Source: an uncultured delta proteobacterium (GTDB taxonomy: Bacteria; Desulfobacterota; RBG-13-43-22). Taken from it: a DNA stretch of 64,000 bases. Positions 1 through 9,821 of the stretch are shown here, one piece after another; the stretch's first letter is position 1; every line of letters begins with the position of its first letter. The notes under the pieces were generated by a model. It was not told the origin of the DNA and searched no databases. It saw only the letters and a list, made by a program, of their open reading frames with translations. The stretch covers positions 32,001 to 96,000 of the forward strand of contig CAWDKY010000025.1 in the NCBI GenBank assembly GCA_963802945.1. Reading direction: 5' to 3'. The position numbers were made by a program, and so were the translations under genes.

Positions 1-1
1 C

Positions 2-865
2 TCCATCCGGGGACATTTGGCGGCTGGAGCAAAAGTTGTTATCAATTCCTCTCCATTCAAGATAAAGGATAAGGCCCTGTCTACACCGGAGGATGCGGTT
101 ACGCTGATCTATGGCATCAATCATAACGCCTTCGACAAGAAAAAGCATCAAGTTCTGTCGGCCGCTTCCTGTACAACCACGGGGCTGGCCCATATGGTCA
201 AGCCACTTCTGGAAAACGAGGCGACCAACAAGATACTCACGGCTTCTATGTCCACGGTCCATGCCGTAACCAATTCCCAGGCTGTTCTCGATTCCATGCC
301 CAAGGCGGGTGAGAAGGATTTAAGAAAAAACAGGAGTATTTTGAATAATATCATTCTTACCTCCACCAATGCCGCTGTGGCCCTGGCGGAGGTCATCCCG
401 GAGGTCCGGAATATCGGCTTCATGGCCGATTCCATACGGGTGCCAACCAACACGGAATCCTTGATTGTCCTAAATGTCACCTTTCAGAGTAAGAACAGCA
501 AAAATGGGGCGGCCTCCGAACTGGACATAAATACCATCAACCGGATCTATCAGGAAGTCGGGGAGCGGGATCCGGAAAAACTGCTCGTTTTTTCTATGGA
601 GCAGAATGTCTCCAGTGACCTCATCGGTTTGAATGCGGCCGTTGTGATCGAAGGTCAGTTCAATCACACTAGGACCTCTTTTATCGATATCGATTGCGGA
701 TGTATCCCCGGTCTGCCTCCGGCAGTACTTCCTTCCCTCCCCTCGAATACGATCAGGGTGCCGGTGGTCCATGCCAAGATTTTCGGCTGGTATGATAACG
801 AGTATGGGAGCTATACCAACCGATTGGGGGATTTAACGACCTTCGTGCATAAGCAGCTAGTGTAG
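2..865 (+). CDS. Divergent type I glyceraldehyde-3-phosphate dehydrogenase-like protein, 5'-truncated by the window edge
   Basis: Catalytic motif AASCTTTGL, STVHAVT, RVPT and WYDNEYG. The frame is open back to position 2 (SIRGHLAAGAKVVI). It has insertions relative to canonical GapA. Confidence 0.85.
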   Translation, partial: SIRGHLAAGAKVVINSSPFKIKDKALSTPEDAVTLIYGINHNAFDKKKHQVLSAASCTTTGLAHMVKPLLENEATNKILTASMSTVHAVTNSQAVLDSMPKAGEKDLRKNRSILNNIILTSTNAAVALAEVIPEVRNIGFMADSIRVPTNTESLIVLNVTFQSKNSKNGAASELDINTINRIYQEVGERDPEKLLVFSMEQNVSSDLIGLNAAVVIEGQFNHTRTSFIDIDCGCIPGLPPAVLPSLPSNTIRVPVVHAKIFGWYDNEYGSYTNRLGDLTTFVHKQLV

Positions 866-877
866 AAACGAAAAGAA

Positions 878-1003
878 CGTTCGGTGTTCAGCGTTCGGCG
901 TTCGGCGAAAACAACTGTAATAGGGATCAAAGATTCAATGAAGGTTTTTTATTATTCAATGCTTTTCACTTGAATCCTTGATCCCAGGAACCCTTGAATC
1001 CTG
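878..1003. repeat. Degenerate 7-mer (CGTTCGG x4) and 8-mer (TTGAATCC-like) arrays between convergent genes
   Basis: cgttcgg tgttcag cgttcgg cgttcgg at 878-905; ggatcaaagattcaa ... cttgaatccttgatcccaggaacccttgaatcc as an inverted pair. Confidence 0.7.
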
Positions 1004-1006
1004 CTT

Positions 1007-4000
1007 TTACAGCGTCACCCGGTTGGATTCCTTCGCTTCTTCTTCGTGACGGCCCTGATAGACGGCCCCGCTCCAGCCGTCGATGGAGATGAAATCCCCG
1101 CCTCGTATAGTTCGGCCGTCCACTGTGCTGTAGCCTTTGGTTTCATAAACACTCAACTTGGTAAAACCCACCACACCGACCTTGTCGAGTTGGGGAATGG
1201 TTACCGCGGCATGAGAGGTGCTGCCCCCCTTGGCCGTCAATAGACCCTCAACCAGGAGGATTACCCCGACATCATCAGGAACCGAATCGGGCCGGATGAG
1301 AATCAGAGGAGTATCCGGTTCTTTTTCTCGGTAGTGCCGGATTTCCTCTTCGGTGTACACGGCCCTTCCTGATAAGGCCCCGCCGCTCACCCCGATACCG
1401 GTGCCCAGAAGATCCCTTTTCAGTTTCTTGGTTTCTTTGAACATCTTTAATTTTTGTGTCTCCCTTTGGATCATATCCCGGGTCTGAAGTATCTGGAGAC
1501 TCTCCCGAGTGGCATTCTCAAAGGTGAACTCGATCTCCTGGTGGTCGAATCTTTTGTTGTAGATCAGTTTTTCTGAAAGGTAGATGAGTTCTCCGTAGAT
1601 CTCGGGAAAATTGGCCTCCAAAGATATGTCGGTATCTTTTCTCTCCCTCAGCCGTTGTTTCTCCGAAATGGGATAAGTGGCGACAAGGCCGGAAACAATA
1701 TCGTCCCCTTGAACCCCAAAAATGAAATCACCATAGAGATTGATACCGGGAGAGGACTCTTTGGGATCTCGGGTAAGAATCACGCCCGACCCTGATTGGT
1801 CATTTAGATTTCCGAAGATCATCGGCTGCACGATCACAGCCGTCCCCCACTCATCCGAGAAGTGCATCTGACGACGAAAAATTCGGGCCTGATCTGAATT
1901 CCAGGAGGCAATGACCTGTAGAACGGCATCTTGGAGCTGCTCCGTAGGCTGGTAAGGTACCTTGATTTCCCTTTCCTCCAGAGCCTGTTGGTAGGCCAGG
2001 GCTACCTGCTTCATCTGATCCGGGGTAAATTGGATTTTTCGTTCGACCCTGTCTTTTTTCTTGAAGGTGTCGATAATAGAGTCAAAAAAATTCCGGTCCA
2101 GTCCCCGCAACATTCCATAACTTTGGAGAAACCTGCGGAAGGAATCCCAGGCAGCCCAGGCAAAGTCAGGTTTTTTGCTGAGTCCCTCGGCGATTTTTTC
2201 ATTGATGCCTACATTTAGAATTGATTGCATCATCCCCGGTAAGGAAAGCGTGGCTCCGCTGCGCACACTTAAAAGTAGAGGATTTCGCTGATCACCAAAT
2301 TTTCGACCCACCATCCTTTCCAGCCGCCGGATCTCTTTGCCGATCCTGTTATTCAGATCTTCCAGGATATATTGGTAGCCCAATAGGCCTTCAAACCTGC
2401 GGAAGACCTCCGTGGTCAGGATGAACCCCGGGGGTATCGGGAAGCCCATTAAGGCCAGTTCCTTTAGAAAATAGCCCTTATTTCCCAGGAGCAATTGATT
2501 GTCGAGCCTTTTGTTGCGCCTGTAGATGGGTGTGATCGTCATTTCCGGATCATAGGACATGACCAGGGTTAAAATTTGTTTGTTTTCTTTGAACTTTTCC
2601 AATTCAGCTTGTAGGGTGCGAAGGATGCTGTTAATGAAATTATCGAGCACCTGAAGGCCGAAGGCCGACGATATAGCAGCCCGGATAAAATTCTCAGATA
2701 GCTGATAGAATAACTCTTCTTCCCTGGCCGAAGAGGTTTTTACATTTGAGGTTATGTTATTTTTCTTGAGGATTTGACCTATAATGATGGAAAGATTGGG
2801 ACGGTGGGCATCGATATAATAGTCCCTGATAATGTCCTGAATACCTTTGGAGATGAATTGGAAAATATTGATGTACTGATCGATGGAGAACTGTTTGATC
2901 TCCAGGGCGTTGCTCACATATTTCATTTTGGCGGTCAACCCCTCAGTGGCAATCCCTTCAAGGTCGAGGGCTTTTACATAGAGCCAGAGATAGTGATGGA
3001 TTCTCATCAAGGTGCTTTTGGTGATGAACGTCAGGTTAAGTGATTGGATCAGTTCCTCGAAGAGGACTGTGGCCAGACTCTCGAGACGCAGGGAAAGCCC
3101 AAGGGCTTCAAATTTTTCTTCCCGGTAGGTGCCGTACATGGATGGGATATCGGCGGCAATATGCCGTTTATGGTAGATATTCTCAACGTACTCTGTTTTC
3201 TGTGGAGAGAGGATCTTCTCCTTAAGTTGGACCAGGAAGTCGAGGACGATGGCCAGACTTTTATCTTGTTTTTTTTCCTGAATATAACGTTTAAGAGTCT
3301 TTACTTTTGTCGGTTCGAAGAGGTAGGAGGCCTCCAGATTTTTAATGACCTCAACATGCTGGTGATTATATTTCTTGTAAAGAAGTTGATAAAAACGGAT
3401 GAGGAGCCTGGCCTGTTCTCGGTCTCTCTCGGGCAGGCCCGGGACGGCTTGAATCTCTTTGACTATCTTAGGGTCATCCCAATCCAGGAAACCCCTTGGA
3501 TCACCGTGGACCCGTTCAAACAGGTTTTGAAATATGGCCTGAAGACTATTGGTTTTCTGGTGGCCTTCAGGAATCTGCTCATACACCTCGATTGGCAGGT
3601 GGTCACGCAGAAGGTCCTTTTTTCCTGAAACCCAATAGTGGAAAGCATTTTCCAAAAAGGTGACCAGTAAGCTGTTACTCTCCACATGAGACTGTTTGCG
3701 CATGAAATGGATAACTAGGTTTTGTCGAAAGGAGATCTCATCCATCTCGGTCGATATTTCCCGGAGTTCACCTTCGGCACCGATTTCATTGAAGTAGATT
3801 GGGAACAACCTGAGGAGTTGCTTGACCAGATTGTAGGCCGGAGCAATGTCGGTATTCAGAAGGGCCGAGATGTTTTTCTGGAGAAGGTCTGTGTCCCGGA
3901 TGAAGACTCCGCCTAATTTCAAGTTGATAATAAGGGCCGAGAGCAGTCTTTGGGTCCAGCGCGGTTTCAGGGCGATGATTTCAAGCCAGGCGCGGATATT

Positions 4001-5216
4001 CTCGATATGAGCCGGATTTACCCGGATCTGCCATTCGGTTGTAGTTCCGGATAGCTGCGGATGCTGGAAGCCGAATGAAATCAGCTCTTCAATAAAGGTA
4101 TTAACCAGAGGGTGATGATTCAGTCTGAAGACCTCCCGGGCCACCGTGATAATGCAATTCAGGATCGTGCTGCGGTATTGGGAAAAGGTGGTGCAGTTTT
4201 TGAGGAGATCGAATATTTTTCGAACAAAATCGTTTAAGTTCTCCGGTTTTTCATCCCGGAATACCATAGCCAGGCAACGATTGATCTCGATCAAAGCCCG
4301 TCCATGGATATCGGAAAGGGCAGGGACATTGATGATATGAAAAAGGAAATCGAGTTTGACTAGATATTCATGGCCGGTGAAGGCCTTCGACCTCTCCAGT
4401 TCATCGGCTACGAGCAGATAGCCGTCAATGATCTGCACATAGTCCGGAAGGGTAAGATACGAGGCCGTCCAGTTGCCGTCGTTTTGAGAGCAGAGAGTCT
4501 AATTTATCAAGCAGATCGGTAATGGACTGGTGAGTCAGGGGATTGACGATCGAATCATAGTCGAAGATCTTCGCTGCTTCCTCATTCTCCCTGCTGAACC
4601 AGTCCCGAGGGTCCGGCTGATCAAGCCAGAAGAGATAGGTTGTCTTGAAGCCATTGTGAAGAAAATGCTTCCAATGGTCCGTATCCAGGGGGGCGGAATG
4701 CTCCAGGGCCGTCTGGAGGAGCTTTTTCCCATAGGTCGAAACCTTTCTGAAGAGCAAGGGATCTTTTGGGTAGCAATCAATTAGGGATTGAATGAGATCG
4801 GGAAAGAGGGCCAAATTCCGGGAGAGCAGTCCATTGCTCTTGGAAAGGATAAGGGTTAAAAAATCAAAGAGGTATCGGACAGAGGTTTCCCTGGTTTCTT
4901 CACCGGCTGGGGAGCGTATAGTCTCAACGTAGATACCGACCAGGGTTTCCAGAGCTTCAAAACCTTTTTCATGGCTGTTGAAATCATAGAAATCGCCCAT
5001 GGACAGGGTCCGCAACTGCTTCAGAACATGTTCCCAATTGACAAAGGGATGGTTCTTCTCTGTAAGAAGGTCCTGTGTCCTTTTGAACACACCATAGTGC
5101 TCACGGGCAATACTGAGCAGGACCTGGTACCTGGCCGGAATTTCCACCGTAGCCGCTGTTCGTTCCAGGTTTACCTGGAGGGCCGAGGATGTAAATTGAG
5201 TTTCTTTTTCTGCCAT
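1007..5216 (-). CDS. Very large PPDK-like / PEP-utilising dikinase (about 1400 aa), split by a +1 frameshift near 4460-4485 into ORFs 4425-5216 and 1007-4438
   Basis: PPDK nucleotide-binding motifs (LLGNKG, PLLLSVRSGA..SLPGMM, QGDDIVSG, EIEFT..LQTR) and a phospho-His swivel domain (GGSTSHAAV). The reading ...SYLTLPDYVQIIDG continues across the junction in the shifted frame. Confidence 0.8.
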
Positions 5217-5257
5217 GGATTTTTATTCAAACGAGATAATTTTTAAGAAGCTGTTTT

Positions 5258-5360
5258 TTAGTTCGGAGTAATTAGTTCGGAGCGAAGACAAACCATGAAG
5301 CCTCCAACTCCGAACTCTGAACTAATAACTCCAAACTACTGTCTCCGAACTTCGAATCGT
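5258..5360. repeat. Inverted heptamer arrays (AGTTCGG / CCGAACT)
   Basis: agttcggagtaattagttcggagcg ... ctccaactccgaactctgaactaataactccaaact..ctccgaact. Confidence 0.75.
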
Positions 5361-5400
5361 CAGACTGAGTTAATAAATTTTAACCTTTGGCTTGGTTTCC

Positions 5401-6399
5401 TTATTTCATAACAAAAGACAAAAGTTCCAGCATTCGATTGGAGAAACCCCACTCGTTATCATACCAGGAGAGGATTTTGACTAACTTGCCCCCCATAACG
5501 TAGGTGTTGGGGAGATCGACAATCGAAGAATGGGGATTTCCATTGAAATCGTGTGATACCAATTCTTCGTCACTGCACAAAAGAATACCTTTAAGAGGAC
5601 CTGCGGCATATTCCTTAAGTTTGGCATTCACTTGCTCCTTGGTGACGGGCTTCGATAAAGTGGCCACGAAGTCCACCAGGGAAACGTTGGGAACAGGAAC
5701 TCTTATGGCCAGGCCATCCAGTCGGCCTTTCATTTCCGGTATGACTTCAGATATCGCCTTGGCCGCCCCGGTTGTTGTCGGGATCATGGAAAGAGCCGCC
5801 GCCCTGGCTCTTCGAAGATCTTTATGGGGCTCATCCGTAACGACCTGATCATTGGTATAGGCATGGATGGTGGTCATGAGACCATATTCGACACCGAACT
5901 CCTTCTGGAGTATCATAACGATCGGCGCCAGGCAGTTGGTGGTACAGGAGCCCATGGAGATGACGTTATGTTTCGTGGAATCGTATTCTTGCTCATTGAT
6001 TCCGAAAACCACAGTTACGTCCGGATTCTTGGCCGGTGCTGAAATGACGACCTTCCTGGCGCCGGCCATTAGGTGTTTTCTCGCTCCGGCCCGGTCGATA
6101 AATTTGCCGGTACTTTCCAGGACCACATCCACCCCAAGCTCCTTCCAGGGCAAGGCCTCCGGATCTTTTAAAGCAAAGGTCTTGATTTCTTTTCCGTTCA
6201 CCAAGAGAGAGCTGTCTTTGGTCTTGACCTCTGCATCCATGATTCCATGGACAGAATCATATTTTAAAAGGTGGGCCATGGTGTTGGTATTGGTGAGATC
6301 ATTGACAGCCACAAATTCGACCTCTTGGCTCCTGAATCCGGCCCGAAAAACCAACCGCCCAATTCGCCCAAAGCCATTGATGGCCACTTTGATCGACAT
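5401..6399 (-). CDS. gap: Type I glyceraldehyde-3-phosphate dehydrogenase
   Basis: INGFGRIGR, SCTTNCLAP, WYDNEWGFS; RBS GGAGG. Confidence 0.97.
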   Translation of the reverse strand: MSIKVAINGFGRIGRLVFRAGFRSQEVEFVAVNDLTNTNTMAHLLKYDSVHGIMDAEVKTKDSSLLVNGKEIKTFALKDPEALPWKELGVDVVLESTGKFIDRAGARKHLMAGARKVVISAPAKNPDVTVVFGINEQEYDSTKHNVISMGSCTTNCLAPIVMILQKEFGVEYGLMTTIHAYTNDQVVTDEPHKDLRRARAAALSMIPTTTGAAKAISEVIPEMKGRLDGLAIRVPVPNVSLVDFVATLSKPVTKEQVNAKLKEYAAGPLKGILLCSDEELVSHDFNGNPHSSIVDLPNTYVMGGKLVKILSWYDNEWGFSNRMLELLSFVMK

Positions 6400-6472
6400 T
6401 GTATCCTCCTATTTTTATTAAAAAGTTTCCCCAAAAGTGGTTGCTTGTCTCTTGGGTGAATTAGTCGATTAA

Positions 6473-6501
6473 ATAGTAACCCAAAGATAGGGCCTTGTCA
6501 A
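6473..6501 (-). promoter_or_regulatory. sigma70-type promoter for gap
   Basis: TTGACA-17 bp-TACTAT on the minus strand. Confidence 0.7.
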
Positions 6502-6583
6502 CTTTTTGCAATGATGAAAACGATTGCAGATGGGGTATGTTTTAGGGTAATGTTTAGTTACTCTTTAGAAGATCACCATTATC

Positions 6584-7261
6584 ATGAAAATGAAAGGGGA
6601 AGGCTGGATGGATCTTCAATTTATTCAGGCCCGGGACTTACCCGATGCCTGGTTTCAATGTGTTTCTGCGATCCTGGACCATGGGCAGGAATATGTCATC
6701 GACCGGGGCAGTTTCACAGGCCAAAAACGACTGGAGTTTGATTATCTGACGATTCAGATCAAATATCCTGGGACCCGTCCGTTGATTCCGGATATTCCTC
6801 TTGCCCTCGGTATCCCCAATCCGGTGGCCGAAGGTTATGTCGAGCAATATCTCCCCTACCTGATGACCTCGGTAAAGCAGCCTAATGAGGATTATACCTA
6901 TGGGCAATATCTGGAACCTCAGATTCAAGAAGTCATCCGCATGTATAAGGAAGAGGGTTATGGGACCAACCAAGCCTATATGACCGTTGGGAACCCAGAG
7001 GCCATTTATTTGAATGACCCGCCTTGCCTGCGGGGGATAGACACACGGGTCCGGAACAAACAACTCCATTTTTTCATTTATTTCCGATCCTGGGATTTAT
7101 GGAACGGCTTCCCGGCCAATCTGGCGGCCATCCAGTATCTCAAGGAATACATGGCCCAAGAAATCGGGGTCGGGGACGGCGAGATTGTGGCTGCCAGCAA
7201 AGGACTCCATCTCTATGATTATGTCTGGGAATTAGCCAAGCTGAGGGCATTGAAGAAGTGA
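6584..7261 (+). CDS. thyA: Short, archaeal-type thymidylate synthase
   Basis: YTYGQ, PPCL, YFRSWD..GFPAN, SKGLHLY motifs; the start may be the ATG at 6608. Confidence 0.85.
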   Translation: MKMKGEGWMDLQFIQARDLPDAWFQCVSAILDHGQEYVIDRGSFTGQKRLEFDYLTIQIKYPGTRPLIPDIPLALGIPNPVAEGYVEQYLPYLMTSVKQPNEDYTYGQYLEPQIQEVIRMYKEEGYGTNQAYMTVGNPEAIYLNDPPCLRGIDTRVRNKQLHFFIYFRSWDLWNGFPANLAAIQYLKEYMAQEIGVGDGEIVAASKGLHLYDYVWELAKLRALKK

Positions 7262-7554
7262 GGGGTGACAAGAAGAACTTTCAAAATGCAAAATTCAAAG
7301 TGAAGAAGTTACCATACTCTGACTTGCCGCAACCCGCAATTCGTAATCCACAATCCGATTTTGATGTTATTGTCATCGGCGCCGGGGCCTCAGGGATGAT
7401 GGCTGCGGGCCGGGCTGCGGAAATGGGGGCCCGAGTCCTTTTGTTGGAAAAGATGCCCCGCGTTGGATTGAAGCTCGGTATAACTGGCAAAGGGCGTTGC
7501 AATTTGACTAACCAGGGCGACATCAGAAACGATCGTGGTGTAGGGTCGCCGTGA
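7258..7554 (+). pseudogene. Truncated 5' copy of the BaiN/HI0933 flavoprotein gene
   Basis: DVIVIGAGASGMMAA...GKGRCNLTN is identical to the 9822-11126 protein; the homology stops abruptly at 7525. Confidence 0.9.
7319..7525 (+). repeat. Direct repeat copy 1 (207 bp) of 9841-10047
   Basis: 7345-7525 is identical to 9867-10047 (181 bp, offset 2522). The first 26 bp have 4 mismatches. Confidence 0.95.
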
Positions 7555-8002
7555 ACACTCTGTTACTAATCCACTCAACGCGTAATTCATCATCAACCAA
7601 AATCATTTTCAGAGTGGCATTATTCCTCAAATTTTTGAGTACGCAACGCCCTTCTTTATCAATGGTGGTCTGTTGCCTAATGTAGCCACCAACGAAATTC
7701 ATGGAGCTGCCCACTGAACTCACTACCGTAGCATTGATTGTACCATTACTGGGGTCGATTTCGATTCTCTCAAATACAACCTGTGCATTCGACATAATTT
7801 GTTCCCTAAGAGTCATGTATACTCCAGTCCACTTACCGGAAAGTTTGGCGATGCTCGGTGGAACTTCTGGCCCCGGCTCCACGATATTTAGGTCTTTTGG
7901 TAGCGGAGACCATTCCGCGATAGCTAAATTAACTATAGCTGGGTTAACTCCAAAAAAACAAACCATGGCCAATAAAACCATCAAAATAACACTTCTTCTC
8001 AT
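7523..8002 (-). CDS. Hypothetical exported protein, passenger next to the IS end
   Basis: RBS GGAGG, hydrophobic signal peptide, AT-richer codons. The stop codon TGA is supplied by the end of the direct repeat. Confidence 0.75.
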   Translation of the reverse strand: MRRSVILMVLLAMVCFFGVNPAIVNLAIAEWSPLPKDLNIVEPGPEVPPSIAKLSGKWTGVYMTLREQIMSNAQVVFERIEIDPSNGTINATVVSSVGSSMNFVGGYIRQQTTIDKEGRCVLKNLRNNATLKMILVDDELRVEWISNRVFTATLHHDRF

Positions 8003-8133
8003 TGTCTTTCCTCCCCATTATTAAGTTTTTTGTGTGCTTAAAACAATATACGCTATTTTGTATAGGCATATTATATATGGTTAGCTTAGCAAATTATAAA
8101 CACTTTTTGATAAGACTTTTCTTTTGATGGGAG

Positions 8134-8162
8134 ACTATAAAATAAGGGAAAGATAGAATCAA
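8134..8162 (-). promoter_or_regulatory. Outward-facing sigma70 promoter in the IS end
   Basis: TTGATT-17 bp-TATAGT pointing at ORF 7523-8002. Confidence 0.65.
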
Positions 8163-8320
8163 GGAGAAAAATGAGGCCAAAGATAGGGTGACAAAGGGGG
8201 ACTTCAAAAAAAAAGGTATTTTACCGGTCGAAATATTAACAATAGAGGGAGATAAAGAGAAAAGAAGAGGCAAATTGCCAAGATTTGAACAAACTACTCC
8301 CTTTACATCCTGATTTTCCC

Positions 8321-9655
8321 TTAACCGGAGGAATGATCTGAGGAAGTCCTGAAATCCTGGTCAAAGGCTTCCTCATAGAAAGGAAGTTGGGAGTCCGAGT
8401 AATCTATCTGAAGTTCGAGGGAGTTGGGTTTGGGTGGGGGTCTCTGATTGGTTTGCCATAAGCCCAAGTGCAAAAGAATCTTGTTGATTACTTCCTGATC
8501 GTCTATAATACTGATAATCCGCATCGGCCCTTGGCATTTGGGGCAGGTCAGGGGATCGACTTCGTAAATCTTTTGAATCAAGCGAGCCCAATTCCGGTTG
8601 GGTTTGGCGTTCTCATCTGGTTCCAGGACACAGGGAATGAGGGCATCTTCATTTTCTTTTTGACGAAGTCCCCGGGAGACGTTACTATAGAAACCATAAT
8701 AGCGAACCATTTGTTCACGCTGATCGGGGATATGGGAGGTCATGGCCGCCAGCCAATCTAAGGCATCGAAGATTTTTTCTTGCCGGTTGTCCTTGGAGCG
8801 GTAGATGATCCGGGATTCTTCCGGGAGATAGGGCATTCGTTCCTGAGAGAAAGAGGCCCGGATGATATAGCGTGCCAGGTTTTCCATAGCCTCTTTTTTT
8901 CTTGGCAGGATTCGGGGTCCGCAAAAAACCTGAAATCCCGAATGCCTCCAGGATTTCAGCAGATTAATATGATCGGGAGTGATTTTACCTTTAGAGAGAA
9001 GCAAGGTAAGAACTTTGGATCTGTAGATTTTTTCCAGATATTTAAGATTAACAGTCGGGACGACCTTAAAAAAACCCTTCTCGGGGAAACAACCATCGGT
9101 AATCAGAACATGGCCGTGGGGGTTAAAGCCCAGAAAATCTCCAAAGGTTTGGATGGCGATGACCGCCCCCGGAACGGATTTTTTACCCGGGTGGGAATGT
9201 TGATAATAGATTTTCAAAGATTCCCAAATACAGCGGCTGAGTTCTAAAAGCAACCTTCGATCGTAGAGAAAATATCTTCGCAAAATTTTAGGGATACCGA
9301 ACACGAAATGCCTGTGAGGGACGGCTTTAATTACGTTTTGACAGAGCCATTCCCCGAATTCCACTACCCTCTTTTGATGACAGGATGGGCAAAAGTGACG
9401 GCGTTTACAAGAAAAGGCCAATAGATATTCATGGCCGCAGTCTTCGCACTTGATCCTGGCAAAACCGTTGAGGAGATTGCCACAATCCAGATACCTCTCC
9501 ATAACCTTTCTGACATGTGGTCGAAAGAATCCGTATATCCTTTCAAAACGATCTTCATAAACTTGTTCCAGGGTTTCAAGGTGGTCTTCAACGCAGCGAT
9601 AGTAAGGGGTCTGTTTGGGATTTCGAGGACGGTATACGGGTGAAGGGACGAGCAT
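8321..9655 (-). CDS. IS91-family transposase (Zn-binding domain + HUH domain)
   Basis: GFARIKCEDCGHE..AFSCKRRHFCPSC, HRHFVF, QTFGD..FNPHGHVLITDG, LARYIIR, VRYYGFYSN, C-terminal CPKC. Confidence 0.95.
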   Translation of the reverse strand: MLVPSPVYRPRNPKQTPYYRCVEDHLETLEQVYEDRFERIYGFFRPHVRKVMERYLDCGNLLNGFARIKCEDCGHEYLLAFSCKRRHFCPSCHQKRVVEFGEWLCQNVIKAVPHRHFVFGIPKILRRYFLYDRRLLLELSRCIWESLKIYYQHSHPGKKSVPGAVIAIQTFGDFLGFNPHGHVLITDGCFPEKGFFKVVPTVNLKYLEKIYRSKVLTLLLSKGKITPDHINLLKSWRHSGFQVFCGPRILPRKKEAMENLARYIIRASFSQERMPYLPEESRIIYRSKDNRQEKIFDALDWLAAMTSHIPDQREQMVRYYGFYSNVSRGLRQKENEDALIPCVLEPDENAKPNRNWARLIQKIYEVDPLTCPKCQGPMRIISIIDDQEVINKILLHLGLWQTNQRPPPKPNSLELQIDYSDSQLPFYEEAFDQDFRTSSDHSSG

Positions 9656-9667
9656 GTTGCTGGAGAC

Positions 9668-9683
9668 TGCATATTCTTTGCCA
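9668..9683 (-). promoter_or_regulatory. Putative sigma54 (-24/-12) promoter for the transposase
   Basis: TGGCAAAGAATATGCA (GG-N10-GC), 12 nt upstream of the ATG. Confidence 0.5.
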
Positions 9684-9821
9684 TTTCATTTAGGTCGTTA
9701 TTTTAAGCAAAATACGGGATAATGAAGAATAATGTTGTAGATAACAGCGAAGAAACTTTACACCGATTGGAACTTTTAGTTTCAAATCAGAAAAAAGAAA
9801 TATTTTTTTGGATGAAGAAAA

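Larger units (their letters stand above)
8107..9700 (-). mobile_element. IS91/ISCR-like rolling-circle insertion sequence (boundaries approximate)
   Basis: Intact HUH transposase. The downstream end (about 8107-8275) is homologous to three other loci in the window. No terminal inverted repeats were seen. Confidence 0.85.
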
